A stretch of 64,000 nt of DNA, taken from contig NC_081333.1 of NCBI RefSeq assembly GCF_022539665.2, forward strand, positions 4,030,001-4,094,000, written 5' to 3'. This DNA is from Daphnia carinata. Lineage: Eukaryota. The notes below the pieces were generated by a model. The model had not been told where the DNA came from and searched no databases. It worked only from the letters and a program-made list of their open reading frames with translations. The first letter of the stretch is position 1; each line of letters starts with the position of its first letter. Positions 53,045-64,000 of the stretch are shown in pieces. Position numbers and translations under genes: made by a program.

Positions 53045-54908
53045 TTATCGGGCGTGTTGTTCAGCTGCTAGACTTCCGGGTAACGGTGGGTCGACAACGA
53101 TGTAATAGCGCAGTTTCTTCGGACGTAACATGCTGAAAGTGTTGTCGAACAGGATCACATCTACACATCAAAGGAAATGAAGACATTTAACAAAATTGTT
53201 TTACATCAGTGAGCCAACTGTGACTGCATACATTTGCCTGTTCTGGTGCAAATGATTTCGCCTTCTTCGGTGATCAGATGACTCTCTATTCGACTGAAAG
53301 GCACCAAATCTTCATTGCCCTCTTCTGGACTCTTGTAATAGACCCGGAAGCCAATGTCTCCGCCTTCCGTCATAAATTCCCATCTAGACAAGTGACATCA
53401 CGTGTTGCGTTATCGTTGGTTCGTGAATAAATCTACCACTAACGTACTTCAAAATTGAATTTTCGACGTCGATTTTGTATTTTAATTTTTTCCAACCACC
53501 TGCCCCAGCGATGATGTTTATCGTTTCCATGTAATCTTTGGCCACAGGTGCACTGTTGCTCAAATAATACGAATAAGGAACTTCTGCGCCCATGTTGAAC
53601 TTGAAACAAGAGACAACGGGAGTGTGATGGCTTATTTAATTCTTTAAATAGCGTTTGGTTATGTACCTTGCTGGGACATTTGGGGTCACCATCGGGATCT
53701 ACCATAGTGCCTCCGTAATGCATAGGTAACATATCGGCTTCTATTTCCTCTTGTAGAGCGGCAGCCCATTCTTCCTTGTCAGTGCCGAAGATCCTCATTT
53801 TATCGATGGTGGCTTGATGCAGGAAAGGCTTCATAATGTTATAGATGACCGTAAATAACTTGGGCGCTAGTGAAGTCCATATTAAGTTTGCAATCATCCA
53901 CGAGAAATAATTAAGCTGCTTATACCGTTGATGACAAAAATTCGACGAAGATTTTCGGGGTAATTCATCTCGTAGATTTTCGTTTGTTCTAGTCCAGTTT
54001 CCATGACTAGAAAATGAAAATATCAATCAGTAAATCCCGTTCTTTCATGAAAAAAAATTTAATGTATTAGTTATTTAAGTTACCTGGCTTGTAGGTCATT
54101 TGTCTCATTGAAAGATTTGTCATGTCGGCGATAAATGTCATTTGGCAGGCAGTGTTCTTTCCTGTGCGGAAGCTTTCTTCACGCATTTCCCGATTTACCT
54201 TCTCCGTCATCCACATTTGAAAACGCATATAATCTTTCTTCGTGACCGATTGCAAAATTCCTCTTATATCCATTCGACCGTGAGCGCAGATGAAGACTGT
54301 AAATGCATAATTGCATAAATGACAATTATAATTGAACGCGTTGATTTTTGAAAGGGCGGGACTCAGATAAGATGAGAGATCACTCTGGCAAGCAATTTAA
54401 TCATTTTTTTAACAGTTTTACTAACCGGGACAATCGAATTTATCGTATCCTATTTTTCCTAAAGAAAAATATTTGGTGATGACTTCAGGTGGAGTCCAGT
54501 TTTTGACAATTTCATCCACTCCATTCGTTTGTCGCCACGCCAACGACTGTTTACGTAAAAATTAATTCACAATGCTCTTTAAAAAATGCAAATTTGAAAA
54601 AATAAACATACCGCACGTATCATTTTCTCCGCTTCGTCGATGTCGAAAGAACGCGCTTTCCAAATTCAAACGTAAATAGTGAAAATTATTTTTTATACTG
54701 TAATGCAAGTAATCCTTAACGCTTACCGACAAGCCATTTTAAAAGGTATTCGTCTCTCGGGTCGACCAACTTGCAATCTTGAACACGCTCTTTAAACTGG
54801 ATTTAAAGAAGAAAAAACGCTCGAACATTCGTGAAAATGTTCACGTAAAATTTATTTTACCTCTTTCAGCACTAACTTGGATTTTTCGTCCAACTTAGAT
54901 AGCTCCAT
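53045..54908 (-). CDS. SEC14L2-like: SEC14-like protein S9
   Basis: MELSKLDEKSKLVLKE|FKERVQDCKL..KWLV|ARSFDIDEAEKMIRA|SLAWRQ..|..GRMDIRGILQSV..|YEMNYPENLRRIFVIN|APKLF..LPMHYGG|FNMGAEVP|WEFMTEGGDIGF|YVILFDNTFSMLRPKK..QHAR*. Confidence 0.93.
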
Positions 54909-55621
54909 TTCGATCCACTTTCGAGTACAGAGTCAGAACATCAGACAGAAATACTAAAACTCTGCAGCCATCTGCGCTATCAAAATTTGTGTATGTTCGT
55001 ATTATGTGTGTTACCATGCCAGACGTATTGAGATAACATAAAGTGATAAGCAATATTGCCAGCATCCTAGATAATTTTGGAACAATGCGACAAACGGCCT
55101 TGTCTAAATGACAGGGCAACTCTCATGAGCCAGGCCAGTCTCCCTTGCATGCCGTTGCGGCTCTGATTCGTCACTACCGCTATGCATAAAAACAACAGCT
55201 TTTAACTGATCCTGTAATCAGAGTGGGGTATAGCATTATTTGTTAGAAAATTTGGTGATTTTTTTTTGTACAACAAGGCCGTTTTTTGTTGTTAAATTGT
55301 CTCCCTGTTCATTTACATGACTGACTTGTCCTCCGTTATGCAAATTATTAGTTAATAAAAATAAACCAACGTTTCTTCTCGGCTGAGAAAGAATTCTGAA
55401 TCCGCATGGACTGTGTCCCATGGATCCGATAGCACCACTTTGAGGGCATTAGTTTTCAAAGATAAAAGACAATTGTTCCAAGAATATTAAAAATAAAACT
55501 TTATTCTTGTCAAAACTGATATTTTTCTTTGATTTTTGAGTATCAAAGAAAATATGCTTTTTTAAAATTCAAACTGTGAAAAACTTAAACAGGGTAGCAC
55601 CTTATGGGTAATGAGAATTAC

Positions 55622-57844
55622 TTATCTATTCGTGGGCTTGACGACGTCGATGTTGTACCACAGCTTCTTGTAACGGAAATAACTATACGAATTGTCAAAC
55701 TCCATTATGTCTAGAAATAAAGACAAAACATTTAATTAAGTTCCAGGTCGTAAACCCGACTGCTATGTCGTTTACATCTGCCGCTGTAAATACAAACAAT
55801 CTCTCCCTTTTCCATCAGCTGATGACTTTCGTAACGATCACGCGGTAGAATTAACATTTCTTCGCCATTTTCCCTCATGTAAGCCAGTTGGAAATTAATG
55901 TCACCCTCTTCTGTCACAAACTCCCATCTTATACAGGGAAATCAAACTGACGTTACGTGAGAAGTTAGATAGAAAACGTAATTGCATTACCTGAGTAGCG
56001 ATTTAGCTTCATCGACTGTTATTTCTATCAATTTTCGCTTGCCAGCTGGAATCAGATCGCTTATCATTTGGTTTCCAGGCACAGGTTGTTTCCTCTCCAA
56101 GTAATAGGTTTTAGGAACTTGGCCACCCATGCTTATCTATTGACAAGATACTTACAAGGAAAGCCAACAAAATTAGCAAATAGCCAATACCTTCGTAAGG
56201 CACATGGGATTACCGTCGGGATCGACCATGGTGCCCCCATAATGGACGGGAAGTTGGCTGGCGTCAATTTCTTCTAATAATGCGTCCTTCCACATCTTTG
56301 AGTCATGGCTAAATATGCTAAGTTTGGCTAGCGTGGCAGGACTGAGAAATGGTTTAACGAAGGTAAATACCGTTGAAAAAATCTGGGGAACTGTAAAGAA
56401 GATCAAAAGTTTGAGACATTAACGAATCGGAAGCTCTGGTTTTTGCTCGCTATTTAATTACCATTGATGACGAAGACTCGGCGAACTCCTTCGGGATAAT
56501 TAGCTAAAAACATTCTTGTCAAGTCCATCCCAACTTCCATAACTAAAAAAATGTTGGAATTTGTTATTCGTACTTTTGTTTTCGTTTACTGTAGAATGAG
56601 TGTTTTACATTGTTTGGTGATCTGATTAATTGACAGTTCTGCCATGTCAATCACGAGTGTCTGATACGACACAGGTTTGCCAGTAACAAGAGAATTTTGA
56701 TGCATTTGGCGATGGCTCATTTCGGTGACGTAGACGACGTAGCGGAGGTAATCCCGCTAAAAATGACAAACCAAAAGTAATTTTCGTGAAGAATGTAATT
56801 TTAAACAACGTTTAAGATTCCCACCTTTGAAACGGATTGCAGTAATCCCACCATATCCATCCGACCAAACGCGTTTATCCATACTATTTTAAAAAATAAG
56901 CAATTTATAGCGCATAATTATTTTGAGAAATTAGGTCTTTTGATGATTTACCAGGGCAGCCAAACTTGTCGCTGCCGACCGATCCCATTGCGTAATATTT
57001 TTTCACCACTTCTGGCGGTGTCCAGTTCTCTAAAATCCCGTCAATCTGGTGGATTTGGCGCCATTCTAACGACTTGAAAATTATTCTTAAAGCGGTACGC
57101 AAGCCATCGCATTTCAAAGTCCACTTACTTGTAGAAGCATAGCCTCAGCTTTTTGGACGTCGAAATCGCGAGCTGTGCTCAATGAACATTGTTTAAATAT
57201 CAAATTCCACTTAACAACATAAAAATGGAACCGAAGTAGAGTCCAATTTTCTTTAAATTTCAGATAATTATGGTTTTCCCTCTTGCGCAAATAGCATGTT
57301 TACAGCCTACACTTTATTATATTACAATTGATTTTGAAAAGGTAAACAGATAAACGACGTTATAAATGATTAGAAAGGTAGGAGTGAATTAAAAGCGATT
57401 GATAGGTAAGACATATTACCCACGAGCCATTTAAGGACGTAGTCATCGGTCCATTCTGGTGGCCGGTAATTCGCCACAGCATCTGCAAACTAATGGGAGA
57501 AGAAATAAGAACACAAATGGTTTATCTTTCTAAATTCTTCGATGGTAAAAGTTCAAGAAAACAACACCGAAGTTTCTGCAAGATTTATCCCCCCCTCCCC
57601 CGTTTTTCTAGCAATCGCACTGAAAGAGGTTAGGTACTGTTCAGACTTGTTTGCTTACTCTGTCTCCGACATTTTGATTTGTAACCCTTCTTCCTTTGAA
57701 TTTTTCATATTTTCTCTACTCCTGTCGGAATACGAAAAACACAATTCCGTCGAACAAACTTTTAAATGAAACTGCATGACAATGCAGGTAATTTACCTGA
57801 TTGAATAAAATCCTTTGGCTAGGGTTTAGCTTTGCAAGTTCCAT
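55622..57844 (-). CDS. SEC14L2-like: SEC14-like protein S10
   Basis: MELAKLNPSQRILFNQ|FADAVANY..KWLV|ARDFDVQKAEAMLLQ|SLEWRQ..|..GRMDMVGLLQSVSK|RDYLRY..|ANYPEGVRRVFVIN|VPQIF..LPVHYGG|ISMGGQVP|WEFVTEEGD|YIMEFDNSYSYFRYKK..TNR*. Confidence 0.92.
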
Positions 57845-58829
57845 CACCGAAATACGAGGGGAAAATGATGCTTTCTCACAAATAGAAAGGCAGTCACGAC
57901 ACTTCAAGATCCGTGCGTTTCTAGATTGGCCGAATTCCAAAATTGAGGGAGTAAATAAACCTTAGTCGATTTGACATTTACACCAAAACGTAATGCGGGG
58001 TTCACTTGCGGAGTGAGTAGCTGGGGGGATACAGCCTGTCAGATTATTTTACTGATGGATGCACAATTGCGCGGATGCAGTATCAGATCTGGTGAGTTCT
58101 TTACACTCCAGATTAGAAGGACAACAAATGTAGGTCGGCTCTCGGCCGCTAAAAACTTCACACTAACATTGGGGCATTGGAAAACAGGTTAACAAAGTTT
58201 TAAGGCCCTCTGGTGTATGTTCAACCTACTACTTTGTTCTATAGCTTATATTTAATGATTCTTCTCGGTTATGTAACAACCGCAGGTGGTTTGGGCTTAC
58301 ACGCTTTCTTGATTCAGTCGCGTTCTCGGGATTTCATCAGAATGCATGGTACATTTGTCAAAAAACCTAATATAGCGAATAGCGATCAACAAGATATGCA
58401 ACACGAATTGTATCCTTCAGATCTTTGAACACGTTTCAACGTCTAAAACAGAGCTGTTATGACAGACGCGCTTGAATCTAAAAATTTTAAGGATTAACCT
58501 AAATAATAAGCTACCGCCAACTATAATCGGTTTGCGTTATTATTTTCTTTTTTCTTTTGTAGCCTTTTGTTTTTCTTGCGTTACATACGGTTGCAAGAGT
58601 TAAACTATAAAATACCCGAAGCTGCTGGCGCAACAGTAAAAAAATTATTTTATTTATCCCGCGGATTAGCAGTTGCTGCAGCAGACGCTTTCGTAAGAGC
58701 GCCATAAAAATCAAACTTCACCGGGTTGTTAGTTCTTCCGCTCTTGTTTTGCTCGGTTGAATTAATCACGCATTTTTTTTACTATCTTGAATACTTTTAT
58801 AAGTATTCACAGGCACCCACTTGAAAAAT

Positions 58830-60240
58830 ATGCCAAACATAAAATCGTTTTATGTGAGTGTCCTGTCTCAATCTCTTTCTCCTTGTGAACAGTTTCTGGC
58901 TGCTGGAACCAATTTCGGAAATGTCAACATATTTAAGTATTCATCTTCGTTAGAAATTTTCATGGCGGTATTTTGTTAAGATGATCTGCCTTTAGCATCA
59001 AAACTTTGTACCAAGAAGATGTGAATCAAGGACCCCGTGATCTCCTGACTCTACCACAGAAATGCTTTTCCGTTAGTGAGAAAAGCTTACAAACTATGAC
59101 ATCTTCAAATGATAATCTGATGATTGGAGGTAAAAATTGTATACAAGGATTCAGCTGGAATGAGCTGGTAGCTCCTAAAAAGAGTGATCTGGAAATAAAG
59201 CCTTGTTGGACTGTTGATCTGCGTTTACCAACGTGAGGCTTTTTATTATTTGCGAATGAGCCATCACAATTAACTAATTTATTTCCCATATTTCAAGTGA
59301 TTTTGGTTCAAAAGAAACTGTGGATTGCCTTATTAACGGAGAAAATTTTTCAGCTTATGCTGCTTGTGGTGACAACAATGTCCATCATGTTGACCTTGAG
59401 TATGGAAAAGTTAAACTTACTTTCTCTGGCCATACTGATTTTATCCACTCAATGTCTCACATGTATGTTTTCCTATTATTGATTTCATTTATTGTCAAAA
59501 CTAATGGCAACTATTTTTTTCTGTTAGTGGGAATCAGTTATCAAGTGCAAGTGAAGATGGAACTGTTTGCATCTGGGATACACGAAAACCAAAACCGGTG
59601 CATGTGATTACACCACATTTAGAACCTAAACTGAATCGGCCTCAGCTGGGAAAGTGGATTGGTGCAGTTACGATGAACGAAGATTGGCTTGTAAGTATAT
59701 TTTGCCATGAAAATTAAACAAGATCTATAACAATTAATTGTAATTGTGCATTAAACCTGTCATAAAGGTATGTGGTGGCGGCCCGCACTTAGGACTTTAC
59801 CATTTACGTTCTTTAACGATGAGCAAAGTGTTATTAGAAGACGACACTCATGGTGTTAACAATGTACTGTTCCACGAAGATAGTATCATTGTTGGCTTAG
59901 ACGGGCCGTTTGTCTATCATTGGTATTACAAAAGTTTTTATTCCTGTCCTTTTTCGTCCTTTACATAACGATATGATGGTACTTATCGGTGTTTTTTTAA
60001 GCTTATTTTCGGGTGATATTACCGTAAATATGCCTACTAGCGCTCTTCGGGTCTACAGCGTTTGTTTACAGAAAAAGGATGCAAATAAGGTACATAAATG
60101 TAAAAAATCTGGATGTGATTTGGATTGTTTCAAAGAAATTTTGATTATTTCAGTTGCTGTTTGTTGGTGGATCTGGTGGGGATATTGATATATGCACCGG
60201 CACTAAATTACAAGACCAAGTTATTCGCTGTCTGTCGTGA
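58830..60240 (+). CDS. THOC6: THO complex subunit 6 (WD40 repeat protein)
   Basis: Seven-exon model: MPNIKSFYVSVLSQSLSPCEQFLAAGTNFGNVNIF..ACGDNNVHHVDLEYGKVKLTFSGHTDFIHS..SASEDGTVCIWDTR..RPQLGKWIGAV..DWL|VCGGGPHLGLYHLRS..VIRCLS*. The RPxxGxWIG and DWxVCGGGPxLxLxHLRS motifs are typical of THOC6. Confidence 0.9.
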
Positions 60241-60598
60241 AACTTTGTCTCGTGTTTGAATAGTGTTTCTATCGTCCATCGCTCGAACATTTCATAATCT
60301 TAAAAATATGAACATATGAAACTCTGTGTCAAGATGTTTTCATAGAGAAATACATCGTGATATTTAATTGTTTTGATTATTGATTAGAAGATATCACAAG
60401 ATGTAATTATGTTAATTAAAATTTAACGTCATGCATGTGCAATTGTGCTTTGCATTTAAATGATTAGCCAACAACGCTTGTGAGCGGATAGAAGAAGGGA
60501 GGCGATATCGCAACGTTGCCAGCCGAGTGAGGACAATACGGGCCAGGCAACGTGCGAACGAGAAAAGGGTCTGTTCTACGAGAGACCACTTCACATAA

Positions 60599-61441
60599 AT
60601 GTCGGAATTACAATCGGCCCTACTTCTAAGAAAACAGCTAGCAGGTAACAGATTTCTTCTTGACTAAACTACCGTAGAAGTAATTGAACAGCAAATGTGA
60701 GGTTGATAATGCATTTTTTAGTTACATTAATTAACGTTGGTTTAATTAATGGCGTTTGATGACGGCTTTTTTTGGAAATGACATTTTTGGCTTAGTTATT
60801 TTTAGCTCTACATTTACGTGCAACGATTTGTTCTTTACTAAATTTTTCATTTTACAGAGCTGAACAAAAATCCTGTTGAAGGATTCTCTGCTGGGCTCAT
60901 TGAGGACAGTGACATATATCGATGGGAAGTGTTGCTCATTGGACCACCAGATACTCTCTAGTAATTTATAATAGCTAACCAATTTGTTTACAGCTGTTTT
61001 AATCATTGCCAATTTTTGTAGTGAGGGAGGTTTCTTTAAAGCCCACATCTACTTCCCAAAAGAATATCCACTCAGGCCACCAAAAATGAAGTTCATCACA
61101 GAGATTTGGCATCCGAACAGTACTTAACAAATTAGACTTATGAAGACTAGTATAACGATTAACCAACCTTGTACATTTCAGTTGAGAAGAATGGTGATGT
61201 TTGCATATCTATCCTTCATGAACCTGGAGATGACAAATGGGGTTATGAAAAGGCTTGTGAACGGTGGTTACCCATCCACACTGTGGAAACTATCATGATC
61301 TCGGTCATCTCCATGCTGGCAGATCCCAACGACCAGAGCCCAGCTAATGTGGACGCAGCGAAAGAATGGCGAGAAAATTTCCCGGAATTTAAGAGGAAGG
61401 TGGCAAGATGCGTTCGCAGAAGTCAGGAGGAGATGTTATAA
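60599..61441 (+). CDS. UBE2G1: Ubiquitin-conjugating enzyme E2 G1 (Ubc7/Cdc34-type acidic loop)
   Basis: Four exons: MSELQSALLLRKQLAE|LNKNPVEGFSAGLIEDSDIYRWEVLLIGPPDTLY|EGGFFKAH..PLRPPKMKFITEIWHPNI|EKNGDVCISILHEPGDDKWGYEKACERWLPIHTVETIMISVISML..SQEEML*. HPN motif and catalytic Cys are present. Confidence 0.97.
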
Positions 61442-62041
61442 GAAATGAGTAAAAGGTGAAATGTAATAGGCAATGCATGTCATTCAAAGTTCAGTTGCAT
61501 TACGTTCGCCCGTCAGGATGTTTCCTGCGTGACTGAATTTTGGGAAGAATTCTCTCTCCAAATCGCTCATTTGTCTTATTTTTCTCTCCAATTCTATATT
61601 GCTCTGAATTCTATACAAAACAAAAAATTAATAAAAGAAACGTTTCGGTACTCCCAAACAAGACGAAATATTGAAAAGCGCGTGAAATTTAGGCCTTGCA
61701 TGAAGAAAATCGTCTAGGAAAGTTTCTGGTGAAAATTTAGTTGCCCCATTTGCAAGCAGAGAAAATTTAACCAACTTATTTAAATGCAAGAGTTACAATT
61801 TCATGCAAGTTATGCCACCACAACTTGTAATTTCACCTCGTGATAATCTTGTCATTTTATATATTTTTTTAAAAGCAAATTTTCTCACTTCTTTCCTCAA
61901 CTTTGAGGTAGAACATCTTCCTCCCGTCACCCTCCACTTGATCCCATACGGGGTGATTGTGTACGTTCATTGTGCACGTCTGATAAGCGATTTGACACGA
62001 ATAAATGTCGATTCAGGCCTTGTAATTTTTTTAGTAATTCA

Positions 62042-64000
62042 TCAAGATTCGCATTTTTGGTCCACAGATTGAGAATTTTTACGACCAATGTTCGATTTTT
62101 GCAAGGCTATTCCCATTATGCCAAAGAGTACAGCACCTAGTAAGATTCGCATTTAATAATTTCAATAGAAATGTTAACGTTATTAACTTATTATTTACTT
62201 ATCAAGAAAAATCCTGGATAAAACAACAGGAGAGTCTCCCTGTAACCCATCGTTTTACTTATGGGAGTGATGATAACCGGTACATTTCCTCCCACCTATT
62301 AGAATTGTAAGTTTTATTATTACTTAAAAAGTTAAGTACGATCATCTTACGTTGTTCATAACGAAGAGAAAGACTGCAATGACGAAAGAGCACGCTGAGG
62401 CAGGCACCAATTCGATCAAGATGGCGAAGAGAACCCCAAACCACATTTCGGCGAATAGGTAAGCAATCAGCAGGGAGGCAAAGCAGTAAGGCGGCGGCAA
62501 AAGCAATACACCTGCTGCAAATGGACTTGCTATTGTCTGGCTCGCTGCCAAAACCCAAGCCCGAGCATGAAGTCCTGTCCGTTTCACGATTCGGTCCGAT
62601 ACAGCACCGCCAATCAAAATTCCGCAAGAGCCGCCCACAATGGATACTGAGAAAAGCCACATGCCCACATCAGTGCCAGGATAGTAGTAGTCAAAGTAGA
62701 GTTGGCTGTTGTAGGCCCAGGAAAACCCAGCTGTCAAAAGGAAAAAGAAATGTTGTAACTACAACCCCTGTCTTGGTGAGGCAACAAGTTTGGAACCGGT
62801 ATGTCTGAAACAGGCGCCCAGGCAAAGCAAAATAACAAATGGATGGAGGAAGTAGCTCAGGTTGATCCAAGCAGTGTTGCAAATGGACTTTGACTCAATT
62901 TCTGGGTCTTTTTTGGAACTTCGCTCAGCTTCCAATGGCAAACTGTCATCTTTCTTCGAGGCAGCTATAGAGCGTGGATCAGAAGTTGTTAACAACAACA
63001 AAGCTGCGAAAAAAAATCCTGGAATTCCGCTCAAATAATAAGCCCAACGCCATCCCTTTAATTGGAGAAGGGGAAATGAAACATTAACTATTTTACAAGT
63101 GAATCACGACGTCTGTTGTTACTTGACCGAGGATATCCAACGGGGGTATGTAATTGCCAACCACATAACTCAAACCATAACCAAAATAAATGCCCCAATT
63201 AACCAGTCCAAGAGCAGCACCGTGTAACGACTTGTTAGAATAAAAGAAGACGTTACGTTTGTGTCTTTAAAATTGAAATAACAAAATTACCTGAGGAAAA
63301 AGGCTCATCACTAAACTGGCCGAAACAGGCTGACAGGCGGATTCCCTGTTTAAAAGATTACATTTCTTTCATATTGACTTTGCTTAACAACTGAATACTT
63401 ACCCAAAAGCCACTCCGAATCTGAGGAAAATTAAGTGCCAAACTTCTTGTGCAGTGCCCATCACTACCGTACACGCGCTGAAAACGATGGTACTCGTTGC
63501 TAAGATCACCACTCTATCAAAGACAGTTTCAGTCAATGTCTTTTAAAATATATTAGCAGGTGTACCGATTGTATCGATCTGCAAGTGCACCAATTAACAA
63601 TCCACCTATGCTGAATGCGAGGATGAAACTTGGGCCAGCAAGAATTTGATATTCGATGCCCATTCCATTATAATCCCACTGACAAAAAGAACTCCCATTG
63701 GTTAAATTCGTCAGCACATTGTCACACCTATTATTGTCCAAAAAAATAATCAAAATTAAACTATAACTACCAATTGTTAACATGATTTACGTTTGTTGTT
63801 CTAGGTACTCTGAGCAGGTCGTGTTGCCATCGCCAAACTGCTCTGGAACAGATGAGTTTCTTAGGCAACTTTGATCACCGTATTCCAGATCCTGTGACAT
63901 GGCCCGGCTGGTAGTGCCTACAAGAAAATGTGACAATTCTCCAATGCCGTAACATAGCGACATAAGTGCCACCATGTACCACGCTTTGCTTCGTTTAACA
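62042..64000 (-). CDS. Major facilitator superfamily transporter (spinster-like/MFS_1); start lies beyond the window
   Basis: Multi-exon hydrophobic protein with motif-A-like GALADRYNR and GGAVSDRI, the GWRWAY..GIPG motif, and final exons VGGNVPVIITP..YPG and SAVLFG..KCES* (TGA at 62044-62042). Confidence 0.88.

Noticed and set aside
28542..56277. Plus-strand ORFs within the SEC14L array (e.g. 28542-28874, 43873-44232, 47770-48072)
   Set aside because: They are antisense shadows of minus-strand exons with no independent protein features.
57845..58829. Bidirectional promoter between S10 and THOC6
   Set aside because: The divergent arrangement is real, but I could not identify diagnostic elements, and ~1 kb spacing is ordinary in this compact region.
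1..64000. CRISPR arrays, prokaryotic operons, rRNA or tRNA genes, autonomous transposons
   Set aside because: The sequence is intron-rich and eukaryotic. I saw no repeat-spacer array, cloverleaf, rRNA-like block, or transposase/RT/integrase coding sequence.

Overview
Eukaryotic (arthropod) genomic DNA. The ~55-100 nt GT-AG introns, compact gene spacing and homopolymer-rich large introns suggest a branchiopod crustacean such as Daphnia (inference). Positions ~1-27,500 are low-complexity sequence holding the 5' part of a minus-strand ADAMTSL1/3 (MADD-4/nolo/punctin-type) gene, with five coding exons reconstructed by hand, plus a candidate spliced 29-aa secreted-peptide ORF. Positions ~27,600-57,850 hold a head-to-tail minus-strand array of ten SEC14L2-like (CRAL-TRIO + GOLD) lipid-transfer genes, numbered S1-S10 by increasing coordinate. 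THOC6 (+), UBE2G1 (+) and the 3' part of an MFS transporter (-) follow. Three highlights: (i) S5-S8 naturally carry substitutions equivalent to the yeast Sec14 R65A,T236D phosphatidylinositol-binding-null mutant, and share a private intron; (ii) S2 looks like an anti-Lepore-type S1/S3 hybrid flanked by duplicated spacers; (iii) a hidden two-exon signal-peptide + QDDDDDYSKR small ORF. All gene models are manual and unverified by transcript data.
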